From Sumerlaeia bacterium (GTDB taxonomy: Bacteria > Sumerlaeota > Sumerlaeia > SLMS01 > JAHLLQ01), in NCBI GenBank assembly GCA_040219255.1, contig JAVJSW010000016.1, positions 16,072 to 80,071 on the forward strand: a stretch of 64,000 nt of DNA, in the 5' to 3' direction. Below the pieces are notes generated by a model. That model did not search any database, was not told where the DNA came from, and was given only the letters and a program-made list of their open reading frames with translations. The position numbers were made by a program, and so were the translations under genes. Below, one piece after another: positions 1-9,878 of this stretch (positions are counted from its first letter, which is position 1; each line of letters opens with the position of its first letter).

Positions 1-1
1 C

Positions 2-319
2 ATGTTCGTTACCCATGGAACCGACAGCACGGCGATCGGGCTGGGCTATTCGAGCGACGGCTTCGAGGTGGAGATCACCCTGGACACCACCACCACATTC
101 TCCGGAACCATCACCCGCCTGGGCAACCGGACCTCGGAAGCGATTTCCGGCACGCTGTTCTCGCCCGGCGGCGGACAAGCCATCGCGCAGGTCGCCTTCT
201 TCGCCAACAACGTCGCGCCTTCCGGCATGAGCGGCGACCAGGGCTGGTTCTACCACTTCAACAACCTGGAAATCGTCGCCCCCGCCAGCAGTGTGGGCGA
301 TTGGGCGCTGTTCGACTAA
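2..319 (+). CDS. 3' part of a probable secreted/surface protein (likely starts upstream of the window), ending in SSVGDWALFD
   Basis: ORF open from the window edge; Ser/Thr/Gly-rich beta-type sequence; followed by a terminator. Confidence 0.7.
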   Translation: MFVTHGTDSTAIGLGYSSDGFEVEITLDTTTTFSGTITRLGNRTSEAISGTLFSPGGGQAIAQVAFFANNVAPSGMSGDQGWFYHFNNLEIVAPASSVGDWALFD

Positions 320-369
320 ACCGGCCCCGCCTCCCCCAGTCTCCGTCCTTCGTGCGGAGGTTCTCCTGG

Positions 370-405
370 CCGGCGCCTTCCTTTCGAGGAGGGCGCCGGT
401 TTTTT
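370..405 (+). terminator. Rho-independent terminator
   Basis: CCGGCGCCTTCCT-TTCG-AGGAGGGCGCCGG hairpin (one G-U) followed by TTTTTT. Confidence 0.85.
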
Positions 406-538
406 CATGGGTCTTCCCCCGTCTTGCCAAGGACCGGATTGCTGGCGGGAAACGCAGGGACTCTGCCGTTGCCACCGGCACGCCGAGATGCAACTGATTG
501 CATGCCATTCGAAGACTTCCTCGGGGGAACATTACGGC

Positions 539-2488
539 ATGCGGATTCGACTTCATTTTCTCGGACCTTTCATCCTCGGCCTGCTGGTTCCCGGCCTGCT
601 GGTTCTTTTCGCGCCAGCGGCTCTTGCCCACCCCGAATTCGCCGTCCGCGCCCGGATCGCGCCCGAGCCGGGACGCGAGTCGATCCGCTTTGTCGTGCTG
701 GCCGATTCCCAGCTCCAGAACAAAAGCCTCTTCGAACGCATGGCCCACGAGATCGAGCTGCTCCAGCCCGACTTCGTCATCCAGGCCGGCGACATGATCG
801 ATGGCTACACGGAGGACACCGGGCGAATCGTTTCGGAATGGCGCGAATTCGCCCGCCAGATCGCCCCCTTGACGATGCCTTATTTTCCCGTGCCGGGGAA
901 CCACGACGTGGTGACCTCGGAGAGCGCCCGCCTCTATGGCGAGGTCTTCGGCCGTGATCGCTATCACTACTCCTTCGATTACGGCCCGGCGCATTTTGTG
1001 GTCCTGAATACCTGGAGTCCCGGCGAAATCAACCGCGTGGCGCCCTGGCAGCGCGAGTGGCTGCGCGACGATCTGGCCGCGTGGGCCGAGCGTTCCGGCG
1101 GCCTGACCAGCGACACCCTGGCCAACCGCCACGTCTTCCTCTTCACCCACAGCCCACTCTGGCGCTATGAAGAGGACGAGGCGGGGTTCGAGGATTGGCG
1201 GGCCGTCGAGGAAATCCTCGCGCCGTACCCGTTCCGTCTCGCCATCGCCGGTCACACGCACGAGCACGTCTGGCAGCAGACCGCCGGCCGCGAAGGCCCC
1301 ATCGAGGACGGTGGCAACCTGCTGGTGATGAATACCAGCGGCTCTCTGAAAGGCGTCCCCGGCCAGTTCGAACGCGGCGGCGACTTGTTCAGTTACCTGC
1401 ATGTGACTATCGACGGGCCGGAGATTCACTACGCGACCATCCGCGCGGGCAGCATCTTTCCGCTCGATACGATCGACTCCGCCGAGCGCGACCGGGCCGA
1501 GCTGCTGGAAATCCCGCCGGGTACGATCCGCCTGCGCGAGTGGCAGCCGGGCGAAAGCCTCGCCACGACGGTGACGACGACGCTGAAAAACGACCTGGAC
1601 GAGCCGCGGCTGTACCGCCTGACGTGGCGAACCGCGCGCGGCGCCGAGGTCGACATCGACCCGCAAACCCAATGGATTGAAGTCCCGGCTCAATCCACCG
1701 CCACACCCGCGTTCCGCATCAGCAGCCCCGCCGCTCCCCCGCTGGATCGGATGCCGTGGCTGGAAATCGAGAACGAAATGGTGCTGCGCACGGGCGTTGT
1801 CTCGCGCCAGGAGGAAGTGCGCCTGCGCGAGGACCCGGCCTCGAAGATCGCCCTCGAAGCCCCCGTCAGCTTCTCGGCGCGGCGCGATCTGTTCCTGCCG
1901 CCGGTCGTGCGGGCCGAGCGGGCGGGCGGCGCCAGCATCGAACCGGATGGGGTGCTGGACGAGCCGGCGTGGGAGCGGGCGACGCCGCTGTTGCTTCTCG
2001 ACGAAGGCATCGCCACCCGGGTGCGCCTGCTCTACGACGCCGGGCACCTCTACATCGGCGGGGAAATGCAGGAACCCGATCCGGGCGCTATGAAGCGCGC
2101 CGTCACCGGCACGGAGCCGGAAATCCCGCTGACGTGGAACGACGACGACATCGAGTTCTTCTTCGACCCGGAGCAGTCCCAACTCGATTACTGGCGCCTC
2201 TTCCAGACCTCTGCTGGAACACGATTCAGCAGCAAACCGCGCCACCTGCCGGATCACATCAAGTACGCGCCGACCAGCTATGAATCCGGGATTACGGTCG
2301 GCGATGACCGGTGGGTTTTGGAGATGGCGGTGCCGTGGAGCGATCTGGACCGCCCCGGTCCGGCGGCGCCGGGTGAGGCCTGGAGCTTCAACGTGGGCCG
2401 CCACCGGCATCAGAACGCCTCGCCGCGCGCCTCGTGGTCCGGGGGGCTCTATGAAATCGATCGTTGGGGGCTGCTCCTTTTCGAGTAG
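539..2488 (+). CDS. Secreted calcineurin-like metallophosphoesterase with C-terminal CBM9/DOMON-like domain
   Basis: Signal peptide (…APAALA); motifs ADSQ, GDMIDG, GNHD, HSP, GHTH; C-terminal DGVLDEPAW…LYDAGHLY…DDIEFFFDP…WVLEMAVPW; start taken at ATG 539. Confidence 0.75.
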   Translation: MRIRLHFLGPFILGLLVPGLLVLFAPAALAHPEFAVRARIAPEPGRESIRFVVLADSQLQNKSLFERMAHEIELLQPDFVIQAGDMIDGYTEDTGRIVSEWREFARQIAPLTMPYFPVPGNHDVVTSESARLYGEVFGRDRYHYSFDYGPAHFVVLNTWSPGEINRVAPWQREWLRDDLAAWAERSGGLTSDTLANRHVFLFTHSPLWRYEEDEAGFEDWRAVEEILAPYPFRLAIAGHTHEHVWQQTAGREGPIEDGGNLLVMNTSGSLKGVPGQFERGGDLFSYLHVTIDGPEIHYATIRAGSIFPLDTIDSAERDRAELLEIPPGTIRLREWQPGESLATTVTTTLKNDLDEPRLYRLTWRTARGAEVDIDPQTQWIEVPAQSTATPAFRISSPAAPPLDRMPWLEIENEMVLRTGVVSRQEEVRLREDPASKIALEAPVSFSARRDLFLPPVVRAERAGGASIEPDGVLDEPAWERATPLLLLDEGIATRVRLLYDAGHLYIGGEMQEPDPGAMKRAVTGTEPEIPLTWNDDDIEFFFDPEQSQLDYWRLFQTSAGTRFSSKPRHLPDHIKYAPTSYESGITVGDDRWVLEMAVPWSDLDRPGPAAPGEAWSFNVGRHRHQNASPRASWSGGLYEIDRWGLLLFE

Positions 2489-2605
2489 TGAATCGCAGCG
2501 GCGGCGATACGTCCCCGTCATCGTCCAAGTTTTGCCTTTGCAGCAACCCATGGGAGAGGACATGATGGCTCCGAAATCGCTGATTCCCCAGGTGTTCCGC
2601 TCCCT

Positions 2606-3967
2606 ATGGCCGAAGAAACCGCTCTCGCGAACGAACAACTTCAGATCCATCTCGCCAATCAAGACAAGGAGGCGCTGGACGCTTTTCTCTGGGGCCTTCC
2701 CTTCGAGGACCGCGCCCGGCTGATCAATCGGCTCGAGGCGCCTCAGCGTGAGGCGCTGATGACGCAGCTCTCGCCGGAGGACGCCGCCGCGCTGCTGGAA
2801 GAACTGGCCGAGGAGCAGGCGCGGCTCCTGTTTATGGCCGTGCCCGCGGAGCAGGCCGCCCAGATCGCCGATGAGATCCACAGTAACGTGCGCGCCGATA
2901 TCATCGGCGGCATGGATGCGAAAAGCACGGACGCGATCCTGCGGTTCATGGAGCCGGAGGAGGCGAAGGATCTGCGGGAACTGATCAGCTATGCCGCCGA
3001 TACCGCCGGCGGTCTGATGATTACCGAGTTCCTGTCCTATCGCGACACCATGACGGTGGGCGACATCCTCGACGATCTCCGCACCCACGGCGAGGAATAC
3101 GCCGACTACGATGTGCAGTACGCCTACATCGAGGACGAGGCGGGGAAACTGGTGGGTGTGCTGCGGATGCGGGATTTGCTCTTCGCGCAGAAATCGCGCA
3201 AGGCCTCCGCCGTCATGATCAAGAATCCGGTTTCCGTGAATGCCACGGATCCGCTGGACCGGTTGATCCGCTTTTTCGACGACCACGGATTTTTCGGGGT
3301 GCCGGTCGTCGGCGACTCCGACGAACTTTGCGGCGTTTTGCGCCGGTCCGACGTGGGCAAGGCCGCCGCTGCCCGGGCCAACAGCATCTTTCTGCGCGTG
3401 AGCGGTATTATCGGCGGCGAGGAATTGCGCGACATGCCGCTGAAGACGCGCTTCTCGCGGCGCCTGAGTTTCCTGTCGATCAACATCTTCCTGAACATCA
3501 TCGCCGCCAGCGTCATCGCCATGAAGATGGACGTCCTGGATCAGGTGATCGCCCTGGCGGTGTTCATGCCCATCATCAGCGACATGTCGGGATGCAGCGG
3601 CAACCAGGCGGTTGCCGTCAGTATCCGGGAATTGGCGCTCGGCCTCGTGAAGCCCAAGGAATTTTTCCGTGTCTTCAAGAAAGAAGCGGCCGTCGGCGTC
3701 ATCAACGGCATCTGCCTGGGCGTTCTGCTCGGCATCGTGGCGTACCTGTGGAAGGGCAACATCTGGCTCGGCGCGGTGGCGGCGGTGGCGCTGTGCATCA
3801 ACACGCTTGTAGCGGTCTGCTTCGGCGGATTGATTCCGCTGCTGCTCAAGGGCATGCGCCTCGATCCGGCGCTGGTCAGCGGTCCGGTGCTGACCACGGT
3901 GACGGATATGTGCGGGTTCTTCCTGGTGCTGACGCTGGCCGGGTTCGTTCTGGAGAAGCTGGTTTAG
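2606..3967 (+). CDS. mgtE: Magnesium transporter MgtE
   Basis: N-terminal helical repeats, TAGGLM, CBS pair, TM region with GCSGNQ, LDPALVSGP and TTVTD. Confidence 0.95.
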   Translation: MAEETALANEQLQIHLANQDKEALDAFLWGLPFEDRARLINRLEAPQREALMTQLSPEDAAALLEELAEEQARLLFMAVPAEQAAQIADEIHSNVRADIIGGMDAKSTDAILRFMEPEEAKDLRELISYAADTAGGLMITEFLSYRDTMTVGDILDDLRTHGEEYADYDVQYAYIEDEAGKLVGVLRMRDLLFAQKSRKASAVMIKNPVSVNATDPLDRLIRFFDDHGFFGVPVVGDSDELCGVLRRSDVGKAAAARANSIFLRVSGIIGGEELRDMPLKTRFSRRLSFLSINIFLNIIAASVIAMKMDVLDQVIALAVFMPIISDMSGCSGNQAVAVSIRELALGLVKPKEFFRVFKKEAAVGVINGICLGVLLGIVAYLWKGNIWLGAVAAVALCINTLVAVCFGGLIPLLLKGMRLDPALVSGPVLTTVTDMCGFFLVLTLAGFVLEKLV

Positions 3968-4095
3968 ACCGGGAAAACGGCGGGTCGCGATGAGGGTGGT
4001 CATGGGGATCGGGTCCTGCGCGAGGGGTTTGGCTGACTTCTGGGAAGGAGCCTCGCACAGGCCGAACGGTTTGTCCCCTCATGTGGCAACTCGGG

Positions 4096-4167
4096 GACAA
4101 GAAAGACAAGATACACTTATCCGACAAAAGCGACTTAAACGACCTAAACGACAAAACCGACAACTGG
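4096..4167. repeat. Eight degenerate 9-bp tandem units (GAC-N2-AAA-N like) in the convergent intergenic region
   Basis: gacaagaaa gacaagata cacttatcc gacaaaagc gacttaaac gacctaaac gacaaaacc gacaactgg, in exact 9-nt phase. Confidence 0.8.
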
Positions 4168-4245
4168 CGTGAGCGCGGCGGCCTCGTAGCGCGTTGACAG
4201 ACAACGACTTACCACCTGGATTCGAAGAAAAGGGACGGCTCCCCG

Positions 4246-6444
4246 CTACTCGCGCTGGCCGATCAGCATCACCGCCTTGTCGGTGCTGGCGGCGACGTGC
4301 TGAATCAGGTTTCCGAGAACCCGGCGCCGCTTGTCCACTTGGCCGAGCCCCAGGAGAATGAGGTCGCAGTCTTTGGCCGCCTTGAGCACCGCCGAGCCGA
4401 TGTTGTTCCAGGCGAGCACCTCGACGTAGCCCTTCGCCGCCGATTCGTCGGTCACCAGGCGGGTCCACAACTCCTTCATGCGGCGCTGCTCGGCCTCGCT
4501 GGTCCCCTCCTTGACTACGATCAAGTAGCAAATTTCCAGATCGGCGACGGCGCGCTGGTGCATGGCGGTCAGGAGCCGCGCCCGCAAGGCGTTGTGCACG
4601 CCGCGCCCGCCGAGGGGAACCAGGACGCGGCGCACCTGCGAGGGTTTCCATCCCGGAGGGGACCGCACAATGGCGACGTTGCCAGGCAGTTCGCTGGCCA
4701 ATTTCTCCACGCGGGCGCGGATCGCCTCGTTGTTCAGGTCCGACATGCCCAGGAGCGTCATGGCGCAGCGGTGGCTGCGGGCGACGCGTTCGATTTCCGC
4801 CCAGGGGTCTTTGGCGATGGAGGCCATGCACTCAACGCCGAGGCCGGCCTCAAGCGACACGGCCATGGACTTCTTGAGCACGTTCGCCATGGCGTCCAAT
4901 TCGTCGCCGTACTCGGGGTGCTGACCCGGCTGCACGACGTTGAGGAGCAGGACGCGCCCGGCCCGGGGCGGCGAGAGGTAGACGGCCAAGGTGGCCAGCG
5001 CCGCGGCGTTCGACGGGTTGGCGATGGGGACGAGGACGAGGGGGCTGCGGCCGCGGAGTTCGAGCAGGTCGGGATCGGCGAGTTCGCTGGCGGCATCCGT
5101 GATGCGGGCGCGCTGGCCGAAAATCCACAGGTAACAGAAGAATCCCGCCACCAGCCAGACACCGGTGATGGCACCCGCGGCGGGGACGACGAAGCCCTGG
5201 AAAACGGCCAGCGCTCCGCAGGTCAGAACACCGAAGGCCGGCAAGTAGGGCCAGCCGGGCAAGCGAAAGCCATCGTGGTTGGGCCGCCGGCGGCGGGCCA
5301 GAATGCAGATGACATGGGTCAGGGCGAAGCTGATGAGGAAAATCAGGGACGAAGCCGCGCCGGCCTGGGCCACGTCGCCCACCGCCACGAGGGTTGCGCA
5401 AGCCAGCGTCGCGGTGACCCATAACGCTCGCAAGGGGGTGCCGCGCTTAGAGCCGACGCGCTCGAGATGGGCGGGCAGGGTGCGGTCGCGGCCCATGGCC
5501 TGGGCGATGCGAGAAGCAGCGAAGATGTTCGCCACAAGCGCGGAGAACATCGCCAGGACGCCCGAAGCCATGACCAGCCAGAAGCCGAATGTGCCCAGGT
5601 AATTGCGCGCCGCGATGGCGACCACGGTGTCGGGGTTGGCCTCGGACATGGCGGTGATGGTCTCGCCCGCCGGAACGCCCACGACCAACACCACCAACAG
5701 CAGCGGCAGGTAAACCACGAGAGCGATGCCGAGGGAAAACAGCATGGCTTTGGGCAGGACCCGGCGCGGCTCCTTGACCTCGCCGGCCACGGCCGCGATC
5801 AGGTCGAAGCCTTGCAGGGCGATGAACGTGAAGCCCATGGCGGAAATGACGCCGCCGAATCCCGCCGGCATGAAGGGCGTCAAGCGATCGAGGGCGGGGG
5901 GTTGTTCCCTGGCCCAGACGACGAAACCGCCGGCGATGAGAACACCGAAGACGATGACCTTCAAGACGTTGATCCAGTTCCCGCCCGAACCCGCCGAGCG
6001 CGAGAGGAACGCCGTGCAACCCAGAACCGTCAGCGCCGAAGCAGTCGTCATGGTGGATGGCAAAGTTAGCCAGTCCGGCGCGGCGGGCCACAGCGCCACC
6101 ACCGACCCGATGGCGAAGGATGCGAAACCCAGGGCGTACAAGGCCGACGCGACGATGGACGCGAACCAGACGACCCAGCCGACGCTGAACGCCGCGCCGA
6201 CGGTGAGCGTGCGGCGCGCGAAGAGGTAGGTACCGCCGGATTGGGGGTTGGCGCTGGAGAGTTCGGCGAAACTGAGCGCCGTAACGACCGCGATAACGCC
6301 GTTCAGGGCGAAGGCCAGGATGGCCGCCGGACCCGCCGCGGCGAAACCTGTTCCCGCGAGGGCCAGAATGCCGCCGCCGACGATGGCTCCGACGCCGATG
6401 CTGGTGGCGGCGAAAAGCCCGATGTGTCGTTTCGGTTCCGGCAT
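4246..6444 (-). CDS. APC-family amino acid permease fused to C-terminal universal-stress-protein-like domains
   Basis: IGVGAIVGGGI, FAELSSANPQSGGTY, GFDLIAAVAGEVKEP; C-terminal VLVPIANP and VLVPLGG USP-like segments. Confidence 0.85.
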   Translation of the reverse strand: MPEPKRHIGLFAATSIGVGAIVGGGILALAGTGFAAAGPAAILAFALNGVIAVVTALSFAELSSANPQSGGTYLFARRTLTVGAAFSVGWVVWFASIVASALYALGFASFAIGSVVALWPAAPDWLTLPSTMTTASALTVLGCTAFLSRSAGSGGNWINVLKVIVFGVLIAGGFVVWAREQPPALDRLTPFMPAGFGGVISAMGFTFIALQGFDLIAAVAGEVKEPRRVLPKAMLFSLGIALVVYLPLLLVVLVVGVPAGETITAMSEANPDTVVAIAARNYLGTFGFWLVMASGVLAMFSALVANIFAASRIAQAMGRDRTLPAHLERVGSKRGTPLRALWVTATLACATLVAVGDVAQAGAASSLIFLISFALTHVICILARRRRPNHDGFRLPGWPYLPAFGVLTCGALAVFQGFVVPAAGAITGVWLVAGFFCYLWIFGQRARITDAASELADPDLLELRGRSPLVLVPIANPSNAAALATLAVYLSPPRAGRVLLLNVVQPGQHPEYGDELDAMANVLKKSMAVSLEAGLGVECMASIAKDPWAEIERVARSHRCAMTLLGMSDLNNEAIRARVEKLASELPGNVAIVRSPPGWKPSQVRRVLVPLGGRGVHNALRARLLTAMHQRAVADLEICYLIVVKEGTSEAEQRRMKELWTRLVTDESAAKGYVEVLAWNNIGSAVLKAAKDCDLILLGLGQVDKRRRVLGNLIQHVAASTDKAVMLIGQRE

Positions 6445-6567
6445 GGAGTCTCCTAGGGTCGGCGTGCTTGCGATCGGATCGCACGACACCCATTCTTTCG
6501 GGGCAGGGCCCCAGCCAGCGTCAACTCGCTTGCGGGAAAATGACAGGCACCTGGAGCCATTCCCCGC

Positions 6568-7332
6568 TTACCAATTTCTGGGCCGGACCTGGTTTTTCGC
6601 CGCCCCTTCCGCCTCCGGTTCCGCACCCTCCAGAATGGAAAGAGCCTGGCGCGCCCTGGTCAGGTCCGGCTGCTCCTGCAGTGCCGCCTGGAAGGTCCGC
6701 CTCGCTCGGTCGATCAGGCCCAGTTGCGCCATCACCATGCCCGCGTTGGTCAGCGCCTCGGCTTTGGGGACGACTTCCTGGAATTCGGTGATGGCCAGAT
6801 CGAAGTGCCCCTGTTGAGCCAGTGCGAGCCCCAGGTTGATATGCGCCCTTTCCATCTCCGGGTTGTGGCGCAGAGCCTCGCGGAAGGCGTTTTCCGCCTC
6901 CTCCCACGCACCGGTCTGATAAAGGAAATACCCGTAATCGTTGTGCAGTTCGGCGTCGGCTGGCGACTGCTCCAGGGCCCGGCGGAACTCCTTTCGGGCG
7001 CGGGTGGATTCCCCCAGCCGCCCGTAGGAAACCGCCATGCGGTGCGCCAAATTGGGATAATCGGCGTCGTGCGTGCGCGCCACGGCGAAGTTCTTGATCG
7101 CTTTGCGGTCGAAGCCATTGTTGGCCATTTCGACGCCGAGCAAGTAGGACATGCGCGCCGCGTCGCGGTCGTCGATTTCGGTCGCCTGATTCCGGGCGCA
7201 GCCGCCAGCGAAGACTAGCATTCCGGCCAACAGAACCAGTATTGAGGCGCATTTTGCGAAGAATGGGCATTCCGCCCGTGACCCGCCACGCCCGGCCCCC
7301 GCCACTGACTCCAAGACAAACCCACATCTCAT
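6568..7332 (-). CDS. TPR lipoprotein, TadD/pilotin-like
   Basis: Lipobox AGGC; TPR repeats (LHNDYGYFLY, AHINLGLALAQQG); last gene of the tad operon, ATGA overlap. Confidence 0.75.
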   Translation of the reverse strand: MRCGFVLESVAGAGRGGSRAECPFFAKCASILVLLAGMLVFAGGCARNQATEIDDRDAARMSYLLGVEMANNGFDRKAIKNFAVARTHDADYPNLAHRMAVSYGRLGESTRARKEFRRALEQSPADAELHNDYGYFLYQTGAWEEAENAFREALRHNPEMERAHINLGLALAQQGHFDLAITEFQEVVPKAEALTNAGMVMAQLGLIDRARRTFQAALQEQPDLTRARQALSILEGAEPEAEGAAKNQVRPRNW

Positions 7333-7787
7333 GGCTTCTCCAACCCCTTCTGAATGATGGGAACGTCCGGCGATTGGAGTCCCAGGGCGCGCGACTCGCC
7401 GACGACCACGAGCGAGTCCGCCTGGTCGCGGGGCAGGCCCCGCTCCGCCAGCGCCTGCGCCACCGCAGCCTTGCGCGCCGCGTTCAGGTCATCTTCTCCC
7501 AGGGCTTCCTCCACGATCACCGTTTCCTGGCGCGTCAGAAGCGCCTGCGCGATGCGGTCGAGTTGTCTCATTCCCGCCGGGCCCAACCGGGTGGAGTTGC
7601 CGATCCAGGCCTGACGATAGACGACGAATTTGTCGGCCTGGGCTTTCTGGATTTGCACCTCGCGGAACATCGCCGAGGACTCGCCGGCCGCGCGCGGCGG
7701 GTTGAGCATCGGCGCGCCGGCCGACGAAAACTGGCCGCAGCCCGCCAGCGCCAAGGCGAATAAGGTGAGCGGAATCAAAGCTTTCAC
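7329..7787 (-). CDS. Lipoprotein of the tad operon (CpaD/RcpB-like position)
   Basis: GTG start, lipobox LAGC; directly follows the secretin gene. Confidence 0.6.
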   Translation of the reverse strand: MKALIPLTLFALALAGCGQFSSAGAPMLNPPRAAGESSAMFREVQIQKAQADKFVVYRQAWIGNSTRLGPAGMRQLDRIAQALLTRQETVIVEEALGEDDLNAARKAAVAQALAERGLPRDQADSLVVVGESRALGLQSPDVPIIQKGLEKP

Positions 7788-9478
7788 TCTTCCACCTCCG
7801 AACGGCCGCGCGTATAGCCTGATGGCCCTTCGATGAATTGCTCATCGCCAGTCTGAAAGGCGCGGAGCCGCTCCTGGCCGCCTTCCTCTTCATCGAAGAG
7901 GTTCAGGCTTTCCAGCCGGTTCAACAGATAGAATTCCAGATCCGACGGCTCGTTCATATCCGAACCCGGCAGCGGCGGCACTTCGCCTTCTTCCATGGGA
8001 TAGACCAGGGACGGGCTGACCAGGATGATGAGTTCCTGCTCGCTGGCCGACGTCCGGTTGAATCCGAACATCGCGCCCACGATGGGCAGATCGCCGAGGA
8101 TCGGCACCCGGTCGGCGGTCGAGCCGAAGTTCGTCTGGAGCAGCCCCGCCACCGCCAGCGTCTGTCCGTCACGCAGATCCACGGTCGTCTGGAACGTCCG
8201 CGTGTCCAGGCCGGGAATGCTGGAGTTCCCGACGCTGGTGCCGGAGGCTGTCTGGCGGGTGCTGACTTCCGCGTTGATCGAGAGGCGAATGCGGTCGCGT
8301 TCGGTGACGAAAGGCGTGAATTCCAACTGCACGCCGAAGGGCACGAATTCGACGCCCTGCAGGCCCGTGTTGGTGGCGCCCGTGACGACGGGAATGGGGA
8401 ACTGGCCGCCGGCCAGGAAGGAGGCCTTGCGCCCGTTCAGGGTCACCAGGTTCGGTTCCGCCAGCGATTTCGCCAAGTTCAAAGACCTCAATATATTGAG
8501 CGCCGCGTCCAGCTCGTAGCCGGTGGGGTCTTCCTCGCCCACTTCCTCCATGATGTTGAAGGGCACGTTGACCAGTCCCGCCTCGCGAATGCCGCCGGTC
8601 AGGTTCGTGATCATCACCGTGCCGTCTTCGCTGATGTAGTCGAAGTTCACGCCGATGCTGCGCAGCGCCGAGCGATTCACCTCCGCCACCACAACCCGCA
8701 GCATGACCTGGGCTTCGCCGGGAATGGTCAGGGCGTTGATGATGTTGGCCTTGGTGGAAATCAGGAAGTTTTCCAGAGCCTGGGGCGGCAATCCGTCCGG
8801 GCCCAAGTCTTCGAGATTCAGTTCGATGCGATCGACCGGGATCGTTTCCGCTTTGCCGGGCGCGTTGGCTTCCACGACCTTGAGGATCTGGTTCGCTTCC
8901 AGGATGTCGTAGGCCTCGCCCCGCACCACGAGCTTGTCGCCGACCAGGATCAGTTCGACGTAGCTGTTGGGAAAGGCTTCGTTGATTTCCCGCTCCAGCG
9001 CCTCGTACACGCGTTCGAGGCGCTCGCGGGCTTCCGGGTCGGGAAAGACGCGGACCAGGTAGGACCAGGCCAGTTCCTCGTCGGCGTTCTCCGGATCGGG
9101 GAACCAGAGGGTCAGGATGGTGGTCCCCGTTTCCTTGCCCGTGACGAGGATTTGCCGGTCCGTGACAAGGTCGTAGGTGGCGATGTCTTCGCCGGGGATT
9201 TGCACGCGGAGCGGGCGCTGCTTGAGCATCATCAGCCTTGGACGTCCCGCCACCAGGTCCAGCGTCAGTTCCGGGTCCACGATGCGTTCGATGAAGCGGT
9301 CGAGGAGCTGCTGGGCGCCCGCGTCCTCTGGGGGACGCGAGCCGATGGGCAGGGGGTCCATGCGCGACAGGCGCGTGCGCTCGGTATTCGCCGCGTCGAG
9401 CGGCGGTTCCTGGGCGAAGGCGGCGGTGGCGATGACGATGGAAAAGGCGAGCATGGCCCACCGGAACCCGTTAATCAT
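7784..9478 (-). CDS. cpaC: Tad pilus secretin RcpA/CpaC
   Basis: QVMLRVVVAEVNR, LAEPNLVTLNGRKASFLAGGQFPIP, FGVQLEFTP, VPILGDLP, ELIILVSP; start placed at ATG 9478 overlapping the upstream stop. Confidence 0.9.
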   Translation of the reverse strand: MINGFRWAMLAFSIVIATAAFAQEPPLDAANTERTRLSRMDPLPIGSRPPEDAGAQQLLDRFIERIVDPELTLDLVAGRPRLMMLKQRPLRVQIPGEDIATYDLVTDRQILVTGKETGTTILTLWFPDPENADEELAWSYLVRVFPDPEARERLERVYEALEREINEAFPNSYVELILVGDKLVVRGEAYDILEANQILKVVEANAPGKAETIPVDRIELNLEDLGPDGLPPQALENFLISTKANIINALTIPGEAQVMLRVVVAEVNRSALRSIGVNFDYISEDGTVMITNLTGGIREAGLVNVPFNIMEEVGEEDPTGYELDAALNILRSLNLAKSLAEPNLVTLNGRKASFLAGGQFPIPVVTGATNTGLQGVEFVPFGVQLEFTPFVTERDRIRLSINAEVSTRQTASGTSVGNSSIPGLDTRTFQTTVDLRDGQTLAVAGLLQTNFGSTADRVPILGDLPIVGAMFGFNRTSASEQELIILVSPSLVYPMEEGEVPPLPGSDMNEPSDLEFYLLNRLESLNLFDEEEGGQERLRAFQTGDEQFIEGPSGYTRGRSEVEE

Positions 9479-9878
9479 GCGCGACCATCCGTTCCAGTCC
9501 GCCCGGAGGCAACTTAATGCTTTCATCTGTATTTGGCGCCGAGATGGCGAGGCGCTCCCCGGCCTCGACGGCGAGGGCATCCGCCGGGGTTTCCAAGACC
9601 GCGGCCGTTCCCGGCGGCCCGGTCAGCGCCCGGAACGGCCGCACCCTCCGCACAACCCGCAGGACCAGGCCCTCCGCATCGAGGAACGCCACGTCGATCA
9701 CAAACAGCATCCCCACCGTGTGAATCGACCGGCAGGGCGCGATCAGCAACCCCCATGTGTCCGCCGGGCGACGGCGAAGCTGCCAGCCCCAAAAACGCGG
9801 CCAGAACCGTGCCGCGATCGACAGCTTGGCGACGCGCAGGTTGCCACTCCTTGCCTCGACCATTAACCATCCCATCAT
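9471..9878 (-). CDS. DUF192 family protein
   Basis: GLLIAPCRSIHTVGMLFVIDVAFLD…VRPFR…AVLE; coupled by overlaps on both sides. Confidence 0.75.
   Translation of the reverse strand: MMGWLMVEARSGNLRVAKLSIAARFWPRFWGWQLRRRPADTWGLLIAPCRSIHTVGMLFVIDVAFLDAEGLVLRVVRRVRPFRALTGPPGTAAVLETPADALAVEAGERLAISAPNTDESIKLPPGGLERMVAHD

Noticed and set aside
2489-2605. M-box (ykoK) riboswitch upstream of mgtE
   Set aside because: The intergenic region is only ~117 nt and no recognisable M-box core was seen
4096-4167. CRISPR array
   Set aside because: Units are 9 bp with no spacers; no cas genes; no CRISPR-like repeats seen elsewhere
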